From contig OZ253547.1 of assembly GCA_965262635.1 (NCBI GenBank), positions 4,156,234 to 4,220,233 of the forward strand: a stretch of DNA of 64,000 nucleotides. Reading direction: 5' to 3'. Shown here piece by piece: positions 57,521-64,000 of this stretch. The position numbers and the translations under genes are program-made. Within the stretch, counting starts at the first letter, position 1, and every line of letters starts with the position of its first letter. Source of the stretch: Candidatus Versatilivorator sp. (lineage in GTDB: Bacteria > Acidobacteriota > Terriglobia > Versatilivoradales > Versatilivoraceae). The notes under the pieces are model-generated. The model did not search any database, had not been told where the DNA came from, and was given only the letters and a program-made list of their open reading frames with translations.

Positions 57521-57774
57521 GGGTCGGGTGACTGGGACGACAATCTTCGGGCGCATGCCCGGTACGTGATTAGCGCGGTTGGGAAGGTGCCTGCTTCGTG
57601 GTTTCTGGAGAGGCAGTGCGTTTCGGGACGGCGCTTCCGATTCGCTGCCTTCACGACAGCGGGCGGTGAAAATTCACACGACTATGTTATTGGCAGAAGG
57701 TGCGCCATGAGACGGGCCGGAAGCCCTCAAGCGCTCGAACGACGCCGCTAACGTGCCGCTGCCCGTGCCGTTGA

Positions 57775-57900
57775 TAGTCACTCACGGGGCGCGGCGTTTG
57801 CCCCCCTCCGGCTCGACTGCGGGCTCCGCCCTGGCCTCGCCGACTCCCCCTCAAGGGGGGAGTGATTCTTGAGGCCTGCACAAGGCTTCTTGCCCGATTC
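57775..57900. repeat. family B REP-like repeat copy 2
   Basis: ccggctcgactgcgggctccgccct..gactccccctcaaggggggagtgat. Confidence 0.7.
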
Positions 57901-57924
57901 CTGGGCATGATGTAAACGATGCTC

Positions 57925-58175
57925 CCGGTCTAATGTGTGGATGATGCCCCCCCGGGAGCGCGGGCGTCCCGCCCGCACAATAGCCCGGCACGACCTCGCC
58001 CATCTCCGCCACTTGGATCGACCGGCAACGGCGCCGTGAGTCTCCTCGGGCCTTGCCATTGCGGTTCACGCCGAAAGGTCGGCTGCCTGCCTGCAAAATC
58101 GTGCCGACGCTCCGCAACCTCCATCAAGGAATAAGGATGCGGGCGGGACGCCCGCGCTCCCGGGGGGATCCCTCT
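57925..58175. repeat. MITE-like family A copy 3 (core 57951-58167)
   Basis: Same 27-bp TIRs, nested between two family B repeats. Confidence 0.75.
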
Positions 58176-58239
58176 TGGGCGCCTCGTGCCGGTGAAATGA
58201 CTTCATACCGCTTCGCGGCTCTGCAAGTACTGCTGATCG

Positions 58240-58330
58240 TAACGCCCCGGTCGCCGCGTTTGTCCCCCTCCGGCTCGACCGCGGGCTGCCCCCTGGGTCT
58301 CGCCGACTCGCCCTCAAGGGGAGAGTGATT
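58240..58330. repeat. family B REP-like repeat copy 3
   Basis: ccggctcgaccgcgggctgccccct..gactcgccctcaaggggagagtgat. Confidence 0.7.
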
Positions 58331-58392
58331 CGGTGGATGGATTGGGGGAAGCCGATCCATGCCGGCGTCAGCTATCCTCCCTCTCCTTCCCT

Positions 58393-58845
58393 TCACAGCG
58401 ACTGCAGCAGCGCCTCCACGTGGCCCTTCACCTTGACCTTGCCGTGGACCTCGGCGATGTGGCCTTCTTCGTCTATCACGAAGGTGGAGCGAACGATACC
58501 CATGTACTTCCTCCCGTACATGGACTTCTCCTGCCAGGCTCCGTAGGCCTCGGCGATGTCGTGGCTGCCGTCGCTGAGCAACGGAAAAGGCAGGGAGAAC
58601 TTGACCTTGAACTTCTGGTGGGATGAAACCGAGTCCGGGCTGACGCCCAGCACCGCCACGCCCTTTTGGCTGAGGCCGGCCATCGAATCCCGAAAGTCGC
58701 AGGCCTCCCGGGTGCATCCCGACGTGTTGTCCTTGGGGTAGAAGTAGAGCACCACCTTCCGGCCCCGAAAATCCTTGAGGTCCACGGTTTGACCCCGATC
58801 GTCGGTGCCCGTGAAATCCGGGGCCTTGTCCCCTGCCTTGAGCAT
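58393..58845 (-). CDS. bcp: thiol peroxidase / peroxiredoxin Bcp
   Basis: Start at MLKAGDKAPDF; peroxidatic Cys motif YFYPKDNTSGCT. Confidence 0.85.
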   Translation of the reverse strand: MLKAGDKAPDFTGTDDRGQTVDLKDFRGRKVVLYFYPKDNTSGCTREACDFRDSMAGLSQKGVAVLGVSPDSVSSHQKFKVKFSLPFPLLSDGSHDIAEAYGAWQEKSMYGRKYMGIVRSTFVIDEEGHIAEVHGKVKVKGHVEALLQSL

Positions 58846-59039
58846 GCCATCCTCCTTGCGTTGGTCGTAAACGTCGGAACAAAACGGAATCTCGGGCCGG
58901 AAACGCACCATCGCCCGAGTTGCGGCGGCCTACGGTGGCAACTCCAAGCCGCCTGGACCCCTTATCCTAATCGGAGGCGGCGCCATCGCAAAGCCCCAGG
59001 AAAAGATATCCGCGAAGGGGATCCAGCAAGGGCGCGAAG

Positions 59040-59665
59040 GGGAAAAGAGTTATCCACGAAGGGCCACGAAGGGGTTGGAGGAGAGTCAAGAGGGATGCGC
59101 CAAGGGTTGGGAAGAGAGAAAGGATTTCCAGAAGGGGGCCGAAGTATCTGTTTCTGAAACGCCCCTGTTTCGTCCTATAGGATCCGTGCCGACGAGTGGG
59201 ACGGGGGCGGGGTTCAGTGAAAAGAGGGGGCACGGCATGCGGGCAAACGGGAGCTTCCCAAAGGAGGCAGGTCGGCTTTCAGAGAAGTCGCCCGCCGGAG
59301 ACCCCCGCCGCACCATCGGGACGACACCCCCCGGGAGCGCGGGCGTCCCGCCCGCATCCTCTCCCTTTGCCTGCCGCTCAGTTTCCCCGCGATTCGGCAG
59401 CCGGCCACCCTGCCGGCGGGAACCGCATGGGCCCGGCCGAAGCAGAGCCCTGGCGCCGTTGCCGGTCGATCCGGGTCGAGGAGATGGGCGAGGCTGTGCC
59501 AGGATTTGTGCGGGCGGGACGCCCGCACTCCCGGGGGGCTTCATCCCATGACATCGTGACACCAAGGGCACAAATTCGCAGAAGCATTCGCGCACCGCTG
59601 GTCATTGAAGGAGGTCCATCGGTCTTCGGGCCCATGGGAGCAACCGGGCAACCACAAGGGATGCC
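59040..59665. repeat. MITE-like family A copy 4, inverted orientation (core 59330-59538)
   Basis: Reverse complement of copies 1-2 including flank gagttatccacgaagggccac. Confidence 0.75.
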
Positions 59666-59782
59666 CCTACTTGGAGGGGGGAGCGCGGGATGGCCCTGCC
59701 CGTCAAGGCCCGGCCTCTTGACTCTTCCGCCTCGCTTCACTAATCTAAACCTAACGAGCACGACCCCCACGAGGCCAACCGC

Positions 59783-62776
59783 ATGGCTGCGCTGTTGTCC
59801 CGAGCGTCTCTAATCCGCCTTTCACTGCTGGCTGCCTGCCTGGCAATCGCACCCGGCGCCATCCCCGCGGCCGCCGAAACCGATCCTCCAGCGGGCTTTG
59901 AGACCCGGATTCTCCCCATCCTGCAGGCCAAATGCCTGGCTTGCCACGGCCCCCAAAACCAGGAAAAAGAGTTGGACCTGGGTTCTCGCCAGAGTCTGCT
60001 CAAGGGGGGAGCCTCAGGGCCTTCCATCGTTGCGGGGTCGGCTGAGCAGAGCCTGCTTTTTCAAAAGGTAGAGACGGGGGAGATGCCGCTGGGTCAGGAT
60101 CCGTTGAGCCCCGGGGAGCTGGACAGCATCCGGCGCTGGATCGACCAGGGCGCTCTGGCGGATGGCCAGGATCCTGCGGCGTTCCAGGCCCGAAACGATC
60201 TGAAACCCGCCGTCACCAGCCACGACGTGCTGATGCCGATCCTGCACGTGCGCTGCCTGATCTGCCACGGCCGCAGAAAGCAGGAAGCCGGCCTGGATCT
60301 GCGGACCCGGGCCAGCATCCTGAAAGGGGGGAAGTCCGGGGCCGCCATGGTTCCCGGCAAGCCCGAAGAGAGCCTGCTGCTGCTGCGCATCCAGGCCGAG
60401 GAGATGCCTCCTCCCAAGTCCCTTTCCCAGTACTGCGTCCGCCCCGTCACCTCGGGCGAACTGGAGAAACTGCGCCGCTGGATTGCCGAAGGAGCTCCGG
60501 AAGCCCCGAAAAAAGCGGCCTCGGGAGCCGCCGAGGGGTCAACGGAGAGGGAGAAGGCCACAGCACTCTGGTCCCTTCAGCCGCCCCGAAGCCCCGACGT
60601 CCCCCGGGTCGCCCAAGGCGCCCTGGTAAGAACCCCGATCGACGCCTTTCTGTTGGAAAGGCTGGAGGCCCGCGGGCTCACCTTCTCTCCTCCGGCCGAC
60701 CGCCTGAGCCTGATGCGCCGAGCCTACCTGGACCTGGTGGGCTTGCCCCCCACCCCCGCTGAAGTCAGAGCCTACCATCAGGACCCGGACCCTCAAGCCT
60801 ACGAACGGCTGGTCGACCGGCTGCTGGATTCCGGGCACTACGGGGAACGTTGGGGCCGATACTGGCTGGATGCCGCCGGCTATGCCGATTCCGAAGGAAA
60901 GGTCCATGCCGACAATCTGCGGCCCCATGCCTACCGCTACCGGGATTACGTCATCCGATCCTTCAACAACGACAAACCCTACGACCGCTTCCTGTTGGAG
61001 CAGATCGCGGGCGACGAGCTGGTGGACCACCGCACCATTCAATCCCTGACTCCCGACCAGATGGAACCTCTGATCGCCACCGGTTTCCTGCGCATGGCTC
61101 CCGACGGCACCTGGTCGGGGGCCCAGAACTTCGTCCCCGAGCGGCTGGACGTGGTGGCCGATCAGGTGGAGGTGCTGAGCTCGACGGTGATGGGCCTGAC
61201 CCTGGCCTGCGCCCGCTGCCATGACCACAAATACGACCCGCTCCCCCAGCGCGACTTCTATCGCTTCAGCGCCATCCTGCGCTCGGCCTACGATCCCTAC
61301 GACTGGATGATTCCCCAGGAGCCTCTGCTGGCGGCGGCGGGAGGACCCTTCCCCAAACGGCTGCTCCGCTACGGGTCGGAGAAGGAACAGCGGCAGGTGA
61401 AGCGGAACAACGGGCCCCTGGAGCAGGAGATCAAGCGTCTGAAGGACTCCCTGGAAGAGAAAGCAGCCCCCTTGCGAGAGCAGTTGCTGCGGGAAAAGCG
61501 GGAAAAGATCCCGGCGGCATTGCGGGCGGACGTGAAAGCCGCCGCAAAGGTCGCCGAGGACAGCCGCAACGAGCTGCAAAAATACCTGGTGGCGGCCTTC
61601 GAAGAATTCCTCACGGTGGAACCCAACGAGTTGGAGAAGCGCTTCGAGGACTTCCGGGAGGAGTCGGCCAAGGTCAAGAAAGCGGTCACGGAGGCCGAGA
61701 AGAAGCTGCAGCCCCGTCCTTCCATCCGGGCGTTGTTCGACATGCCGGGGGAACCGACACCGGCCTACCTGCTGCTGCGGGGGGAGCACACCCGCCCCGG
61801 CGATGCGGTCGATCCCGGAATCCCCTCGGCGCTCCGGCCCCAAACCAGGCCCTACCGCATCGAGAAGCCGGCCTGGAGCAGCGGGCGCCGCCTGGCTCTG
61901 GCCCGGTGGTTGGGACAACCCGATCACCCCTTGACAGCCCGGGTGATGGCGAACCGTATCTGGCAGCACCATTTCGGCAGCGGCCTGGTGGCCACGCCCG
62001 GAAACTTCGGAAAGCTGGGCGCCGCCCCTTCCCATCCGGAACTGCTGGACTGGCTGGCCACGGAGTTCGTCAGGCGAGGCTGGAGCGTGAAGGCCATGCA
62101 CCGGCTGATCATGACCTCCAGCGCCTACCGGCAGGCCTCCGGCAGCCCCGGCGCCGAGGCGGCCAACGGCCATTCGGACAACTCCCTGCTTTCCCGATTT
62201 CCCCTGCAACGCCTGGACGCCGAGGCCTTGCGCGACTCGATACTGAAGATCTCGAACCGACTGGATCCCACCCCCTTCGGCCCTGCGGACCAGGTCGAGG
62301 TCCAAAGCGACGGTGAGGTCACCAGCCAGTGCACCTCGGCCGGCTGCCGGCGCAGCATCTACATGCTGCAGAGACGCACCACTCCCCTGACCATGCTGGA
62401 CACCTTCGACGCACCCCAGCTCAACCCCAACTGCGTCAAGCGTTCCCAGTCCATGGTCACCTCACAGGCGCTGCAGCTCTGGAACAGCCAGTTGGCCCGG
62501 GAGAGCGCCCGCCATTTTGCCGGCCGGGTCATGGATGCGGTGGGCAGCGACCTGGAGAGGCAGGTGGAGCAGGTCTATCTGGCCGCCCTGTCCCGCTGGC
62601 CCACCGCCGCCGAGAAGGAAGCCGTCCTGGGGGAGATCGGACAACTGGACCGGCACTGGACCGAGCATCTGGACAGCCACACGCCCGCCGAGCCCAAGCG
62701 GTCGCGGGCCCGCTGGCTGGCCCTGTCCACCTTTTGCCATGCCATTCTGAACTCGGCGGAATTTATCTACTATTGA
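59783..62776 (+). CDS. PSCyt1 x2 + DUF1549 (PSCyt2) + DUF1553 (PSD1) Planctomycete-type protein
   Basis: Signal peptide and two CxxCH-like cytochrome-C-like motifs (KCLACHGP, RCLICHGR); the canonical domain order follows. Confidence 0.85.
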   Translation: MAALLSRASLIRLSLLAACLAIAPGAIPAAAETDPPAGFETRILPILQAKCLACHGPQNQEKELDLGSRQSLLKGGASGPSIVAGSAEQSLLFQKVETGEMPLGQDPLSPGELDSIRRWIDQGALADGQDPAAFQARNDLKPAVTSHDVLMPILHVRCLICHGRRKQEAGLDLRTRASILKGGKSGAAMVPGKPEESLLLLRIQAEEMPPPKSLSQYCVRPVTSGELEKLRRWIAEGAPEAPKKAASGAAEGSTEREKATALWSLQPPRSPDVPRVAQGALVRTPIDAFLLERLEARGLTFSPPADRLSLMRRAYLDLVGLPPTPAEVRAYHQDPDPQAYERLVDRLLDSGHYGERWGRYWLDAAGYADSEGKVHADNLRPHAYRYRDYVIRSFNNDKPYDRFLLEQIAGDELVDHRTIQSLTPDQMEPLIATGFLRMAPDGTWSGAQNFVPERLDVVADQVEVLSSTVMGLTLACARCHDHKYDPLPQRDFYRFSAILRSAYDPYDWMIPQEPLLAAAGGPFPKRLLRYGSEKEQRQVKRNNGPLEQEIKRLKDSLEEKAAPLREQLLREKREKIPAALRADVKAAAKVAEDSRNELQKYLVAAFEEFLTVEPNELEKRFEDFREESAKVKKAVTEAEKKLQPRPSIRALFDMPGEPTPAYLLLRGEHTRPGDAVDPGIPSALRPQTRPYRIEKPAWSSGRRLALARWLGQPDHPLTARVMANRIWQHHFGSGLVATPGNFGKLGAAPSHPELLDWLATEFVRRGWSVKAMHRLIMTSSAYRQASGSPGAEAANGHSDNSLLSRFPLQRLDAEALRDSILKISNRLDPTPFGPADQVEVQSDGEVTSQCTSAGCRRSIYMLQRRTTPLTMLDTFDAPQLNPNCVKRSQSMVTSQALQLWNSQLARESARHFAGRVMDAVGSDLERQVEQVYLAALSRWPTAAEKEAVLGEIGQLDRHWTEHLDSHTPAEPKRSRARWLALSTFCHAILNSAEFIYY

Positions 62777-62787
62777 GGGAGGAAACC

Positions 62788-64000
62788 ATGAAACCCGGGG
62801 ACCGAACATCTCTGGAGTCCACCTTCTTGAGACGGGATTCCGCGGAAACGGCGGATCCTCTTCCCTCCCGCCGGGAGCTGTTTTCGAGCCTGGGCAATGG
62901 GTTTCTGGGGGGAGCCCTGGCCTACCTGCTGGGGAAAGACCTTGTCTCCGCCCGGCCCCTGCTGGCCGATAGCGGGCAGGCGCCCGACCTGAAGCCCAGG
63001 AGACCCCACTTCCAGCCCCGGGCGAAGTCGGTGATCCATCTCTTCATGAACGGCGGGCCCAGCCAGATCGATCTGTTCGACCCCAAGCCCATGCTCAAGA
63101 AGTACGAGGGACAGCCGCCCGGCCGCGACCTGGCCAACGACGTGGAACAGATCGCCACCGTCGGCACCCTGATGCCCTCCCCCTTCGAGTTCCGGAAACG
63201 GGGTCAGTGCGGAATGGAGATATCGGAGCTTCTTCCCTACCTGTCCCGCAAGGTGGACGACATCGCCCTGGTCCGCTCCATGTTCACCAAGCACTTCAAC
63301 CACGAGCCCGCCATTTTCCTCATGCAGTCGGGACGGACCATCGTGGGGCGTCCCAGCCTGGGGTCCTGGGTGGTCTACGGGCTGGGCAGCGAGAACCAGA
63401 ATCTTCCCGCCTACGTGGTGCTGGACGACCCCAAGCAACTCCCGGTGAACGGCCTTCAGAACTGGCAGGCGGGATGGTTGCCGCCCCTCTATCAGGGAAC
63501 CCGCTTGAAGTCGGAAGGCTCGCCCCTGCTCAACCTGCATCCCCGGGAGGAATTCCCGGCTCCGGTGTTGAACCTGGCCCGGTCGATCCTCACCCGGCTG
63601 GACCGGGGCCACCTGCACCGCCATCCCAGCCAACCGGAACTGCAGGCCCGCATCACCAACTACGAGCTGGCGGCACGCATGCAGATCGCCGCCAGCGACG
63701 CCCTGGATCTGTCCCAGGAGAGTCCGGCCACCCACGAGATGTATGGCTTGAACGACGAGGCCACGGCTTCCTACGGGCGGCGCTGCCTGATGGCCCGCCG
63801 GCTGGTGGAACGAGGGGTCCGCATGGTCCAGCTCTATATCGAGGAGCAGATCTGGGACCAGCACCAAGACCTGGTGGGCGGCCTGCGCTACGCCTGCGGC
63901 AAGACCGACAAGCCCGTTCACGCCCTGCTGACCGACTTGAAGCAGCGAGGCCTTTGGGACAGCACCCTGGTGGTATGGGGAGGCGAGTTCGGCCGGCTGC
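62788..64000 (+). CDS. DUF1501 (sulfatase-like) protein, partner of the DUF1549/DUF1553 gene; 3' end off window
   Basis: ATG 9 nt after the upstream stop, TAT-like RRELFSSLGNGFLGGALA, and DUF1501 motifs (HLFMNGGPSQIDLFDPKP...). Confidence 0.8.
   Translation, partial: MKPGDRTSLESTFLRRDSAETADPLPSRRELFSSLGNGFLGGALAYLLGKDLVSARPLLADSGQAPDLKPRRPHFQPRAKSVIHLFMNGGPSQIDLFDPKPMLKKYEGQPPGRDLANDVEQIATVGTLMPSPFEFRKRGQCGMEISELLPYLSRKVDDIALVRSMFTKHFNHEPAIFLMQSGRTIVGRPSLGSWVVYGLGSENQNLPAYVVLDDPKQLPVNGLQNWQAGWLPPLYQGTRLKSEGSPLLNLHPREEFPAPVLNLARSILTRLDRGHLHRHPSQPELQARITNYELAARMQIAASDALDLSQESPATHEMYGLNDEATASYGRRCLMARRLVERGVRMVQLYIEEQIWDQHQDLVGGLRYACGKTDKPVHALLTDLKQRGLWDSTLVVWGGEFGRL

Noticed and set aside
60539-62305. 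588-aa minus-strand ORF
   Set aside because: It is antisense to the DUF1549/DUF1553 gene, which has clear domain architecture.
1-64000. CRISPR arrays, rRNA, tRNA genes
   Set aside because: There are no regularly spaced short repeats. The only tRNA-like terminus is the tmRNA 3' end. I saw no rRNA signatures.

Overview
This is a high-GC (about 65-68%) chromosomal segment with clear Planctomycetota hallmarks. There is a PSCyt1/DUF1549/DUF1553 protein paired with a DUF1501 protein at the 3' end, and many TAT- or Sec-secreted enzymes. The window has three core blocks and several accessory blocks. Positions 1-23.4 kb are a glycan/peptide-utilisation neighbourhood. It holds a giant secreted adhesin-like protein, a sodium:solute symporter (SSF), glycoside-hydrolase-like genes, two BNR sialidases, two secreted TldD/PmbA peptidases, a tandem alpha/beta-hydrolase, and fumarylacetoacetate hydrolase (FAH), short-chain dehydrogenase/reductase (SDR) and cupin genes. 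Positions 23.4-25.7 kb are a sharply AT-rich islet carrying an AbiEi/AbiEii module whose AbiEii has a C-terminal WYL-like extension. Positions 25.9-28.6 kb show an Nramp transporter gene with a partial tandem duplicate flanking a methyltransferase. Positions 29-38.4 kb are a mixed accessory stretch. It contains an XRE regulator plus a 340-aa unknown, a tandem-Cache protein, HepT/MNT, a reverse-ordered VapC-Phd pair with a consensus promoter, a second BNR sialidase, an XhlA-like small gene between 125-bp direct repeats, and an MFS transporter. Positions 38.5-49.8 kb form an ~11-kb mobile/defence island that ends exactly at the 3' end of a tmRNA (ssrA) gene. It holds an IS200/IS605-type (Y1 HuH + DnaA-C HTH) element with 27-bp terminal inverted repeats (TIRs), and two ~260-bp MITE derivatives of it. 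It also holds relics of an IS1182-like transposase and of a type I restriction R subunit. Its main cargo is a three-gene operon of a small ORF, a PD-(D/E)xK nuclease-like protein and a 1062-aa DEAH SF2 helicase. This is either Hachiman-like or a new nuclease-helicase defence system. The island further carries two HEPN-like genes, a DUF1778-GNAT (TacAT-like) module and an AlpA-like gene running into ssrA. Positions 50.4-64 kb are a metabolic block: a PIG-L deacetylase, a C-S lyase-type PLP enzyme, a B12-dependent diol/glycerol dehydratase with fused large+medium subunits plus a small subunit, a DSD1-type PLP enzyme, Bcp, and the PSCyt/DUF1501 pair. Four intergenic repeat families (MITE-like, REP-like palindromes, direct repeats) are scattered through the window. 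I see no rRNA, tRNA or CRISPR array.
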